The notes beneath the pieces were generated by a model. The model did no database searches. It worked only from the letters and a program-made list of their open reading frames with translations, and had not been told where the DNA came from. A stretch of 64,000 nt of DNA, from IMG/VR virus record IMGVR_UViG_3300021400_000138, positions 64,001 through 128,000 of that record; one strand, written 5' to 3'. The position numbers and the translations under genes were made by a program. The stretch is from a virus (Duplodnaviria; Caudoviricetes). Position 1 is the stretch's first letter; the number at the start of each line of letters is the position of its first letter. This document shows, one piece after another, positions 23,355-33,390 of this stretch.

Positions 23355-25071
23355 AAATTATTGGTAAATCAGAAGACGGATATATATTAACCGCATCGAA
23401 ATCAGATGTCGCGGCGATTGAGGGATTATATAGTCATGAAAAAAGATATGAGATTGGCGATATCATAGATATAGAGGGTTTATTTAGAGAATATACAATT
23501 GTAGATAATGCCCTTAAAAATATAGATAAGCTTCGCCATACATCAGAGTTGTTAAACGATGCAGTTGATTGGATTGAACAATTTAGAGGAGAGAAAGAAT
23601 GAGAGATCCGAATAGATTAGATGGATTTTATGATGAGTTAAAAAAGATTCACAAGAAGAGCTGGGCTGACATTCGCTTTGGACAATTGTGCAGTAATTTC
23701 TTTGGTTGGCTTCGTGTAGAAAAAGGCATTGATCTTTTCTTTCCGGAGGAAGATCAGATGATGGAATATTTTAAGGAATATACAAATACAAATTCTCATA
23801 TGTATAGAGGTTGGAAATGATTTATATACCAAAACCACACGGAAGAATTATAGATGCAGACAAACTTGCGGATGATTTAGAATGGGACGCAGAAAGAATA
23901 AGTGAGGAACTTGAACAACTAGATCCGTTAACCGCAGAATACGTACAAAAAAGAATTGAAAGAGACACAAAACAAAATGCTGCCTGGTGGATACGAGATG
24001 AGGCTGATAAAAATTGTCTCGTTCCTGCGGAGAATTGACAATGACTGTTAAAGAATTTTATGAATACTGTGTAGAGAAGCATATTGAAGATTTTGAAATC
24101 TATGTAGATCAAATATCTGTGAATGGTTGTTTTATTGGGTATGATAAATTAACTAATGAAAAAATAGATATTGGTTATGGCGAAAAAATAATATCTCTTG
24201 GGTGATTATATGGATAAACTATCTGGCGGCGAAATAATAAAACTTTTAGATAATCTCATTGGTCCGACCGAAGCTGTTGGTGAAACAAATGCAGATAATA
24301 AAATCAAGAAGAATGTTGACACTTTAATAGATGTTACTTATTGGTGTCTTGATAAGCTTATTGATTCTTCCAAAACTGCGGACAGGCCAGAAGCTTCAAT
24401 GAAAGAAATCGGAGAACTTGCGCAGAAGGCATTAGATGAATACAAAGAATATTATTGTTCTTCTGGGTGGACATCAGTTAAGGATCATAATCCGGAAATT
24501 GATATGTCATATCCTCATAGCGATACTTACTGGGTAAAGTATAAAGATGGTGGATATGATGTAGCGAGATTTTGTAACTATAATAGATTTTGGGTTCATC
24601 AGGTTCTTGAACCGCCTTGGTGGAACTGTGCGCAGTATTGTGAAGTAGAAGCCTGGAGGAGGATTGATTTATATGACGGAGAAAAACCAGAATGAATTTA
24701 AACCCATGAAATTTACCGCTCATCATGATGCGTATGTAGATCATAATGGCTATGAATATAAGGAATATAATTCAGAATTTGAATCACCATTTGTTCCTAG
24801 TATTGATGGATTGAACAGACGTTGTTGGGTTATCTATCAGGGATTTTTTGGAAAGTATAAAATTCGCGAATGCATAGTAACCGCAATTGTTTATACGAAC
24901 TGTTGGCTATGGAAGATGGATAATGGATGGACGTATTTTGCCGATTACCTTGGTAAAGAAGTATTTCTTCGTGATCAGTTGGGTAAGGCGATTAAAATCT
25001 GTGAAGAAAGAAACCGTATGAGAAAAGTAAAGGTTAAACGTTTATGAAGGGTGAACTAGAAGGAGAATAAT

Positions 25072-25395
25072 ATGAACGGTATAAAATTTGATGGAGAAAA
25101 GGTAAAGAGATGTATTGATGCTTATTATGATCAGCATGGAAGTTATCCGTATTTGATTATGAATAGTAAAACATATGATATTATACCGCTAGAAAAACCA
25201 GGTATAATTTTGGACAGTAATTCATTAACGGTTAGCAGTTATACACTTTCCAATGTGAACGTTGCCCCGGTTGATGAAATAAAGGTTGGTAATAATACAT
25301 ATATTTTAAAACGAGATCCTGTTTATAAAAAATGGTATAATGCAAAAATTCTTGTTGATGAAGAATTGAAATTTGGGGAGGTACATATTGGATAA
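25072..25395 (+). CDS. 'YGxV' paralog family copy 3
   Basis: HGSYPYLIMNSKT...AKILVDEELKFGEVHIG and AAGGAG RBS. Confidence 0.7.
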   Translation: MNGIKFDGEKVKRCIDAYYDQHGSYPYLIMNSKTYDIIPLEKPGIILDSNSLTVSSYTLSNVNVAPVDEIKVGNNTYILKRDPVYKKWYNAKILVDEELKFGEVHIG

Positions 25396-26149
25396 AGAAG
25401 GAGGTGAAGAAGATGACGAATGGCGACAGAATACGAGTGATGAACAACACACAGCTGGCAGCATTGCTTGATGATTCTCGTGATTTTTTCTCTTGCAACG
25501 ATTGTCCGCTAGAAGAAGGATCCGATGAATGCGAACGTGGATGTATTCCGCAGATTTTGGATTTCTTAAACCAGGAAATTTCTTTTGATGGTACTTATAA
25601 GAAATATAAATTATATAAAATCGCTCATAGTGGTAGAAAAGGTCCGCGAGATGCTCCGCTAAATAATTGCAAATATGACGGAATGGTTGATTCTATTGTC
25701 AGGTCTTATGATATAAGATATCTACATCCTTTCCAGAGGTATCATTTCAAATTTCTTAAAACAAAATCTCCGTATGAATCATGGATAACGAGTGAAGTTG
25801 TTAGACTTATTGAACTGGATACTGGGATATTTATGTTAGAGACAGTAAATACGTTATATTACTTCGAAGAAATTAAATAAAAGGGGAGTGGACGTAGTGA
25901 TCAGCTACGCCCACAGCGGAAGTATGAAAAAGAATCCGCCAATTGATATTATATCACATTTGTCAAGGAGATGGATACATGCAGGATAAAGATAAGCTGG
26001 AAAACATTCTTCATCAACTTAGAATTCCACATTCTTTTTCAGATAATGTAATGTATATCTATTGTATCTCCGGGACCATTGCTGTTTATTTTACAGATTA
26101 CGGAGAGTATTTAGATATAGAGTCAAATAATCATAGAAAGGAGGAGTAA

Positions 26150-26719
26150 ATGGATTGGAAGAAGTTATTCTGGAGAAAAAGTACGCTTATACAAGATTTG
26201 GAGTACTACAAAAGAATAAATAAAGAGTTAGAAGATACCGTAAAAGAATTACAAGCGGATAATTTAGCAAAACATAATGCATTAGAAGAACTTCAAAGAC
26301 AAGTTAATAAATTGGTGCATGTAAAAGATGATAATCTGTGTTTGATAGAAAAACATAATAAAGAGATAGAAGATCTAAATAATCAGTATAAAGATTTATT
26401 TGATACCGCGAATAAAGAATATGCTGATAATATCGAAAAATACAAAGATATCGCCGCGAAAGAGATAGAAAATTCCAAATCATCAGTAGAAACAAGTAAA
26501 GCACTTGCGGGAATTATTGCTTCACAACAATCTTCTATAAGTGCTTTGGCGGAAGGTATTTATAATCAGGAACACATTGAATTCTTTGCTCTTAAGACAT
26601 ATAGAGGTTGGAAATATATTTGTGTGAATGGACAGAAAATTACCGACTTTAATAATGTAAACACAATTAATGTGTCTTGGAATAAAAATGATACGAGATT
26701 AAAAGTAGATATTAAATAA
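26150..26719 (+). CDS. coiled-coil hypothetical protein
   Basis: Strong GGAGGAG RBS and heptad-like composition. Confidence 0.7.
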   Translation: MDWKKLFWRKSTLIQDLEYYKRINKELEDTVKELQADNLAKHNALEELQRQVNKLVHVKDDNLCLIEKHNKEIEDLNNQYKDLFDTANKEYADNIEKYKDIAAKEIENSKSSVETSKALAGIIASQQSSISALAEGIYNQEHIEFFALKTYRGWKYICVNGQKITDFNNVNTINVSWNKNDTRLKVDIK

Positions 26720-26766
26720 AAACCGTACATTGAAACTGTACATTGATTAGCAAAACCGTACATTGA
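26720..26766. repeat. three direct repeats AAAC(C/T)GTACATTGA, possible operator
   Basis: Copies at 26720, 26733 and 26753, intergenic, upstream of the gene run leading into nrdD. Confidence 0.7.
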
Positions 26767-26782
26767 ATTAAGGAGAAATAAT

Positions 26783-27211
26783 ATGACTAGAAAGGACATT
26801 AAGTTTTTTGTAAAACCCGAAGAAAGAATTATTGTTGGTGTTTATGAATATGACGAGGATGATCTGTGGCAGGAAGTTTATGATAAGTTTCCGGGATGGA
26901 TGCTTGACATCATTGAAGCAGCAGTTAGTAGCGAAAAATTTCCGGTTTATCCTAATGTGATCAGAGCAACTGCCGTTTGCAGTATTGACGATGAATGGAA
27001 CGAAGAGATTGGAAAGAAAGTTGTTGAGGCGAAGATTAATCTCAAGAGGCACTATAGGGTTTACCGTATGATTTCACATATTATTATTATGTTGAGTGAA
27101 ATTGATGATAGATTTTCTGATCTTTGCGAAAATCATTTAGAAAAAATGCAGTCAATTGAAAACGATATTGTAGATTATTTTAATGACGGAAAGGCTGGTG
27201 AGAATAGTTGA
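26783..27211 (+). CDS. hypothetical protein
   Basis: 142 aa, A.CS.DDEWNEEIGKK motif, AAGGAG RBS. Confidence 0.7.
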   Translation: MTRKDIKFFVKPEERIIVGVYEYDEDDLWQEVYDKFPGWMLDIIEAAVSSEKFPVYPNVIRATAVCSIDDEWNEEIGKKVVEAKINLKRHYRVYRMISHIIIMLSEIDDRFSDLCENHLEKMQSIENDIVDYFNDGKAGENS

Positions 27212-27771
27212 AATCGCTTTATGCGGGGATAAGTATTGGTCTTGGAGGAATAATCTTTCTAAACTGTGTGGATAAAACTCTTGGAGCGCTTCTGTTTTCT
27301 ATTGGGTTATTTGCGGTTCTGGTATTTGGTTTTGATTTATTTACCGGAAAAGTTTGTAACAAAGATTATTTAAAAAGACCAGTTGATTTGATTGAAATTT
27401 GGCTTGGTAATTTAGTTGGTGCTGTACTTATGGGACTCGTTGCATCAACGAATGTTAATACGTATCAGGCGGCAAATGTTATTGCCAATTCCAAATTAGA
27501 AAAATCAATCCCGCTTGTTCCTGGGTTTATTTGTGGGATCTGCATTGCTATTGCTGTCAAGGGTTATCAAAAAGCTGAAGGATTTGGAAAGTATCTGGCT
27601 ATTGTACTTGGCGTAATGGTATTTATTCTTTGCGGATCGGAACACTGCGTGGCGGACATGTTTTATTTTGCTGCCGCAAGGATGTGTAATCTTGAAGTTG
27701 TGAAGTTTATTTTGATTGTAACTATTGGAAATGTTTTAGGCGGAGCTTTGTTCTCCGAGATTGAGGGATGA
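27208..27771 (+). CDS. formate/nitrite transporter (FNT) family channel
   Basis: AGISIGLGG, LFSIGL...LFTGK, WLGNLVGA, FILCGSEHCVADM and GNVLGG are FNT signatures. Confidence 0.88.
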   Translation: MKSLYAGISIGLGGIIFLNCVDKTLGALLFSIGLFAVLVFGFDLFTGKVCNKDYLKRPVDLIEIWLGNLVGAVLMGLVASTNVNTYQAANVIANSKLEKSIPLVPGFICGICIAIAVKGYQKAEGFGKYLAIVLGVMVFILCGSEHCVADMFYFAAARMCNLEVVKFILIVTIGNVLGGALFSEIEG

Positions 27772-27772
27772 T

Positions 27773-27976
27773 ATGAAAGTAACTTTGTATTCAACTAATT
27801 GTCCAAGATGTATTGTTTTGGAGAAAAAATTGAATCAGAAAAATATTGAATTTGATCTGGTTTCTGATGAAGATACGATGATAAATAAAGGATTTATGAC
27901 CGCTCCAATGTTGGAAGTGGGTAACGAGGTATATGATTTTAAAGGTGCGGTAGATTGGCTTAATGGACTGGAGTGA
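27773..27976 (+). CDS. glutaredoxin-like (NrdH-like) protein
   Basis: LYSTNCPRC redox motif and TAPMLEV cis-Pro region, directly upstream of nrdD. Confidence 0.8.
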   Translation: MKVTLYSTNCPRCIVLEKKLNQKNIEFDLVSDEDTMINKGFMTAPMLEVGNEVYDFKGAVDWLNGLE

Positions 27977-27983
27977 TAATTGA

Positions 27984-29942
27984 GTGAATATAAATATTAA
28001 ATTGATGAAAAATTTTGTATCTCAATACAACAAATTACAGGCAGAATTTGGGACAGAAATTGCAAAGATTAATGGTTTTGATGACGGACAATTGAGTTAT
28101 ACGGATTTCATTGACAATTTTGTTGATGAAGATACTGTTGCAGATGCGAGTATTGATGGTAATTCTAATGTTAGTCATAAAGATATCGTGACTCTTGAAC
28201 GAGAAATGCCAAAACCTCATTCAAAACTTCTTGCATTTAATAAAATTTATTATGAGATTAATAAAAAATTTGGATTCAAAATTGCTAATGATTGGCTAAG
28301 AATGGAATGGATGGGATATCTTTACATGCATGATGCTCCATCGAGTACATTTAGAAGTTATTGTTTTGCTTATGATTTAAAGGATCTGGCTGAAAAAGGC
28401 TTGTATTTTATTGATGGTCAAAATGCTGAGAGAGCAAGACATTTGACCACATTTGTTGACTTCATTAAAGAATTCGTTAGTTTTGCATGTAATCGAACAA
28501 GTGGTGCCGTGGGTCTTCCAAATATTATCCCCTATATGTACTACTTCTGGAAAAAAGATGTAGACAGTGATTATCTTGGAATTAAAACATCTGGTCAAGA
28601 AAAATATTACGCTCGGCAGAATTTCCAGCGTTTTATATATGCAGTAAATCAGCCATATGTACGTGATGGATCGCAGTCGGCATTCACAAATACAAGCGTA
28701 TTTGATCATTCTTATTTTGAAGCTTTGTTTGGTGGCGCAGAATTTCCTGATGGATCTTTTATGATTGACTACGAAGAAGAAATTATAGAATTCCAGAAAT
28801 GGTACATGGAAGTAATGTCCGAGATTCGTAGTACAAATATGTTTACTTTCCCAGTTAGTACAATTTCTTTACTTCGCCAGGATGGAAAATTCGTAGATAA
28901 AGATTTTGCACTTTGGGCCATTAAGCACAATATGAAGTGGTCAGATAGTAATCTGTTTGTTGACAGCAGCGTAAATTCTTTGAGTAATTGTTGCAGATTG
29001 AAGTCTAATATTGAAGATCTGGGCTATTTCAACAGTATCGGGGGAACCGCTCTCAAGGTTGGTTCGGTAAAAGTTAATACCATTAATCTTGCAAGAATTG
29101 CTCTTGATACAAAAACAGAAGAAGAATATCTAGAAGAGCTTAAATATAGGGTTTATGTATGCCTCTGCGCACTCGATTCAGTAAGATATATTATTGGTCG
29201 TAATGTTGATAAAAACATTCTTCCGAATTTTTCATACGGACTGATTGATTTTGAACATCTTTATAATACCATTGGATTCATTGGAATTTATGAAACAATG
29301 AAAAAATTTGGTTATATAACAAAAGATGAATTTGGAAATACATTCTATACAGATAAAGCTTCTGCGTTTGGAGAAAAGATATTTAAAGTAATGCGTGAAA
29401 CGGCAGATAACTTTATTAAAGAATATGAATGTAATTATCAAATAAATACAGAACAAATTCCAGGAGAATCAGCAGCCGCAAAATTAATGAAGAAAGACAA
29501 GTTCTTCTATCCAAGAGCAAAAATTTACGATCTTCCTCTCTATGGTAATCAGTTTATTCCTCTTGGAATCCAGACAACACTTCAGGAGCGAGTAAGAATT
29601 CAGGCAATGTTTGATGGATATTGCAATGGTGGATCTATCTTACACGCCAATATTGATGCTCCATTTGATAGTTTTGATAAAGCATGGAAGATGGTTAATT
29701 ATATTGCAGAACAAGGTGTAACATATTTTGCATTTAATACGAAGATTCAAGCTTGTGAAAACAATCATGCTTTTTATGGAAAAGTTTGTCCGACATGTGG
29801 AAAACCAGTTGATAGTGAATATACAAGAATAGTTGGATTCTACACGAAGATTAAGTCGTGGTCTGATGAAAGAAAAAATGAGTACAAACTTAGAAAATGG
29901 GAACCAATTAATGAAACATCTGAGGAAATTTTAAATGCCTGA
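27984..29942 (+). CDS. nrdD: anaerobic (class III) ribonucleoside-triphosphate reductase
   Basis: YMHD, QSAFTN, FTFPV, SNCCRL, EQIPGES, C..NH...CPTCG zinc site and TRIVGFY glycyl-radical loop. Confidence 0.93.
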   Translation: MNINIKLMKNFVSQYNKLQAEFGTEIAKINGFDDGQLSYTDFIDNFVDEDTVADASIDGNSNVSHKDIVTLEREMPKPHSKLLAFNKIYYEINKKFGFKIANDWLRMEWMGYLYMHDAPSSTFRSYCFAYDLKDLAEKGLYFIDGQNAERARHLTTFVDFIKEFVSFACNRTSGAVGLPNIIPYMYYFWKKDVDSDYLGIKTSGQEKYYARQNFQRFIYAVNQPYVRDGSQSAFTNTSVFDHSYFEALFGGAEFPDGSFMIDYEEEIIEFQKWYMEVMSEIRSTNMFTFPVSTISLLRQDGKFVDKDFALWAIKHNMKWSDSNLFVDSSVNSLSNCCRLKSNIEDLGYFNSIGGTALKVGSVKVNTINLARIALDTKTEEEYLEELKYRVYVCLCALDSVRYIIGRNVDKNILPNFSYGLIDFEHLYNTIGFIGIYETMKKFGYITKDEFGNTFYTDKASAFGEKIFKVMRETADNFIKEYECNYQINTEQIPGESAAAKLMKKDKFFYPRAKIYDLPLYGNQFIPLGIQTTLQERVRIQAMFDGYCNGGSILHANIDAPFDSFDKAWKMVNYIAEQGVTYFAFNTKIQACENNHAFYGKVCPTCGKPVDSEYTRIVGFYTKIKSWSDERKNEYKLRKWEPINETSEEILNA

Positions 29943-30417
29943 TATTGAACTAAAGGGAATTATTGATGAGGATTTTGTTAACTATAAAAAGGTTTCAATG
30001 GTACTAATGTTTCCTTGCTGTACTTTTAAATGTGGGAATGAGTTCTGCCAGAACTCTTCCCTTGTTAATGAACCTGATATAAATATCGAAATCACAAAAT
30101 TATGTGAACGGTATTTATCTAATGATATCAGTGAAGCTATTGTTCTACAGGGTATGGAACCATTTGATAGTTATATGGATGTTTTAAATTTTATAAATAC
30201 TTTGAGATACCAGTATAAATGCAATGATGACATAGCTATTTATACCGGGTACACAAAAGAAGAATGTTTAGAAAATGGTTTTATACAACCTTTGAAAGAC
30301 ACGAAAAATATAATCATAAAATTCGGCAGATATATTCCAAATCAAGATCCTCATTATGATGAAGTATTAGGAGTCAATTTAGCCTCTGATAATCAATATG
30401 CAGAGAGGATATGTTAA
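29935..30417 (+). CDS. nrdG: class III RNR activating (radical SAM) protein
   Basis: CTFKC....CQN, GMEPF, IYTGY and LASDNQY motifs. Overlaps nrdD. Confidence 0.85.
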   Translation: MPDIELKGIIDEDFVNYKKVSMVLMFPCCTFKCGNEFCQNSSLVNEPDINIEITKLCERYLSNDISEAIVLQGMEPFDSYMDVLNFINTLRYQYKCNDDIAIYTGYTKEECLENGFIQPLKDTKNIIIKFGRYIPNQDPHYDEVLGVNLASDNQYAERIC

Positions 30418-30623
30418 TGAAGAAACTAACAACAAATATTTCAATAATAAATCCAGATCTTTTTTCCAAGGCTTATTCAGCATTTGTGCAAACATATGGG
30501 TATGCTCCTGGCACAGCATATCTAAATAAGGATACATTAAATTCCATGGATAAAAATCTTGATATATCAATAATTTTTGAAGTCGATGAATTCATGCCGT
30601 ATGGAGAAGTAGCTTTCGGATGA
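30411..30623 (+). CDS. 'YGxV' paralog family copy 4
   Basis: YGYAPGTAYLNKDT...VDEFMPYGEVAFG. Confidence 0.6.
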   Translation: MLMKKLTTNISIINPDLFSKAYSAFVQTYGYAPGTAYLNKDTLNSMDKNLDISIIFEVDEFMPYGEVAFG

Positions 30624-30886
30624 AAGTGATTGGATTAGGAGATGTGGTGTACTGGGCCAGGGTACACCATTTCACTGGTGTTTACGAAGTTTATGAACTT
30701 ACTGTCCGCACAGTATATGAAGATTGTTTTATTGGAACTGATAAAGAAACCAGCAGAGCTTTTATAATCTCATATGATGAATGCGACGAGACGGTATTTG
30801 ATAACCGAGAGGACGCTCTTAGAGTTGTGAAAAATGCAGAGAAGAAAAAGAAGGAGTTTACTATAATAGATGGAGATTTTGAATAG
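30620..30886 (+). CDS. hypothetical protein
   Basis: 88 aa, ends in TAG with an in-frame TGA six codons later. Confidence 0.65.
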   Translation: MKVIGLGDVVYWARVHHFTGVYEVYELTVRTVYEDCFIGTDKETSRAFIISYDECDETVFDNREDALRVVKNAEKKKKEFTIIDGDFE

Positions 30887-31389
30887 TTATCCAGTTCTAA
30901 TTGAAAAGAATTCTTATCTGGCTGCTATATTCTTTACACTATTATTATTGTCTCCTGGTTTAGCTGCAATTATTTTTAATAAATTTTATACATCTATAGG
31001 TGTAGTTTTGATATTATTAATAGTAACGTTGTCTACCATTGGATTTAAATATTTTGAACAAGACATACCATCTGAAAAATTAGAATATCAAATTATTATA
31101 TCTGATGACTACTCTGCTAAAGACTTATATGAAAACTACGAAGTAATAAAAACCGAGGGCAAGATTTGGTATATCAGGGATAAGGAGAAGAATAATGAAA
31201 ATGTTGACAATAAATGATAAGCAGCTGAAATGGCTAGAAGAAGAACTTGGATATCTTATGGAGCAGAAAGAAAAAGATCATGACGATTTGATCAGAGTAA
31301 CTTCTGTATTAGATTTTCTGGTAAATACCCAGACGAAAGAATTAGAAACTGCAATAGATAACGATTGGAAATAATTTTATGGGGGAGTT

Positions 31390-31920
31390 ATGGAAAAACG
31401 TATTGCAAAGTTTGAAAAAGTTAGTTTTAAGCAATTTGATGAAGATTATAGAAATGCCAGGAAAACACTTCTGATATTTGGCGAACCAGATACAGAGGAG
31501 ATAGAGGAAATTTATAAAGATATAAAACTTCCGAAGAGATCAACTGGCGGAAGTGCTGGGTATGATTTTTATTCTCCGATTTATTTTATCCTTGTTCCAG
31601 GAGAAGATATTGTTATTCCTACTGGAATTAGATGTCAGATGGAAGAAGGTTGGGGATTGTTTTTGTATCCCAAGAGTGGATTAGGATTTAAGTGTTATAC
31701 ACGCCTAGCCAATACAATTGGTATCGGGGACGAAGATTACTATTATTCAGATAACGAAGGTCATATTTTAATTAAGTTAAGAAATGAAAGTAAGGATAAA
31801 ACTCTCGTTATTAACCGAGGAGACAAATTCATTCAGGGAGTTTTCCATGAATATGGCATTACTTACGATGATTTTGTGGATACAGTAAGAAATGGTGGTT
31901 TCGGGAGTACTGGAAGATGA
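31390..31920 (+). CDS. dut: trimeric dUTPase
   Basis: SAGYDF, IPTGI, PKSGLG, GIGDEDY, GDKFIQG and RNGGFGSTG (motifs I-V). Confidence 0.95.
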   Translation: MEKRIAKFEKVSFKQFDEDYRNARKTLLIFGEPDTEEIEEIYKDIKLPKRSTGGSAGYDFYSPIYFILVPGEDIVIPTGIRCQMEEGWGLFLYPKSGLGFKCYTRLANTIGIGDEDYYYSDNEGHILIKLRNESKDKTLVINRGDKFIQGVFHEYGITYDDFVDTVRNGGFGSTGR

Positions 31921-32127
31921 CAGAACAAGAATTACACGCGATACCTTTCTATTTTTGCGATCTTAAAACAGGAGATCAGGAATGTGACAAAAAAGACACT
32001 TGCAAGAGATATGTGTTTATTAAAGATCTCGATTATAAAGATTATAAAAACTATCCATTTGCTAGATTGAATAATGTATGTAAACGTACAAATTACAAAA
32101 TGTATTTGAAAGTAGATGATGTACAAC

Positions 32128-32367
32128 ATGAAGACAGCAACGATCAGATTAAAGAACAGTGAAGACGTTAGTTTAGCCTGTGCTATTTTCAATACATATA
32201 TTTGGGACATTGACGCAGTATCTGGTAGGTACTGCGTTGATGCTAAAAGTGTATTGGGGCTATTTTTATTGTTAGATCAAAATATAGATATTTATTTACA
32301 CTCTGATGTATATGACATGCACAAAGAGTTACGAGAGGAGTTAAAAGATTGGCTCATCAAAAACTAA
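32128..32367 (+). CDS. HPr-fold protein (PTS phosphocarrier-like)
   Basis: DIDAVSGRYCVDAKSVLGL matches the HPr Ser46 region. No His15 motif is visible. Confidence 0.7.
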   Translation: MKTATIRLKNSEDVSLACAIFNTYIWDIDAVSGRYCVDAKSVLGLFLLLDQNIDIYLHSDVYDMHKELREELKDWLIKN

Positions 32368-32742
32368 GTGAAGAAGAGGCTAGACAGCCAGAAGAACATA
32401 TCAACCAAACATTTTATCAGTTGATAATGCAGAAAAATTTGTTAAAGCCTGAACAGTTTGATATTGATCCCGCAGATGAAAATATCTGGGAACTTATTCT
32501 GGAGAGGGCGAATAAGATCAAGATGGAATATGTTGCGATGCGAAGAAATCCCAAGATTGCATTTCGTGACCAGCGTATGAGAGATAGCTTTCATAGATTC
32601 TGTTGCCTTATTGGAGGATTTTATGTTCAGGAGTGGAGCATTGTTCACTCTGAAGTTGAGGGTTATAAAAACCGTAAGCAGCGAAGAGCCGAAATGAAAG
32701 AGGCGAAGTTGAAGAGGCAACAAGAGTGGAAGGAGAGAAAGA

Positions 32743-33387
32743 ATGAAAATTGAAAATACAGAAGTATGGGGATTTAAAGGAGCAATTCGTGGTGCAAGAA
32801 ACCCAATGAATTCCTGGGATAGAATGGACAGCACTTTTGATAATGAAATTGTAATTGGCCCAAATGATCTTAAACTCTGCCAAAGTCTTGTTAAAGCTGG
32901 TACGGAACACGCAAAATTTATGCGAATGATCCATGTTCAGGCGGATTTAACTTTGCCACGTTTTATATGGAGTGAATTTGATACATATAAATTTGTGGAA
33001 AAGAATAGTCAAAGTACGATTCATAAATTATTGAATACGTTTAACGAAATTACTTTAGATATGTTTGAAACAGATTATACATGGAATGAGTTTTATCTTA
33101 AAAGAGCAGCAATTGATGAACTTGAAAAACTTCGGAAGCAATATGCCGAGGTTAAAGCATCAAAAGATGTTGAAAATAAACAAGAAATCTTAAATGAATT
33201 ACTTTTCCGCGCAAAAATGATCCTGCCAGAATCTTTTCTTCAGTTAAGAACCATAGATACAAATTATGCCGAACTTCGAAATATATACTTTCAGAGAAAA
33301 AATCATAAGATGCCACAATGGCATACAATTTGCGATTGGATTAAAAGTTTACCATACGGTGAAGAACTGATAACATTAGGAGAATAA
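32743..33387 (+). CDS. ThyX-like (flavin-dependent thymidylate synthase fold) protein
   Basis: ARNPMNSW, EHAKFMR, PRFIWSEFDTYK, ILPES, NYAELRNIYFQRKNHK motifs in a nucleotide-metabolism context. Confidence 0.7.
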   Translation: MKIENTEVWGFKGAIRGARNPMNSWDRMDSTFDNEIVIGPNDLKLCQSLVKAGTEHAKFMRMIHVQADLTLPRFIWSEFDTYKFVEKNSQSTIHKLLNTFNEITLDMFETDYTWNEFYLKRAAIDELEKLRKQYAEVKASKDVENKQEILNELLFRAKMILPESFLQLRTIDTNYAELRNIYFQRKNHKMPQWHTICDWIKSLPYGEELITLGE

Positions 33388-33390
33388 TAT

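Larger units (their letters stand above)
3048..27211 (+). other. dense co-oriented array of ~80 small hypothetical early/accessory genes
   Basis: Abutting or ATGA-overlapping ORFs of 50-190 aa with GGAG/GAGG RBSs, many Cys-rich, with several internal paralog families. Confidence 0.85.

Noticed and set aside
26720-26766. Mini-CRISPR array
   Set aside because: Repeats are 14 bp with 0-6 bp gaps, too short for repeats and spacers.
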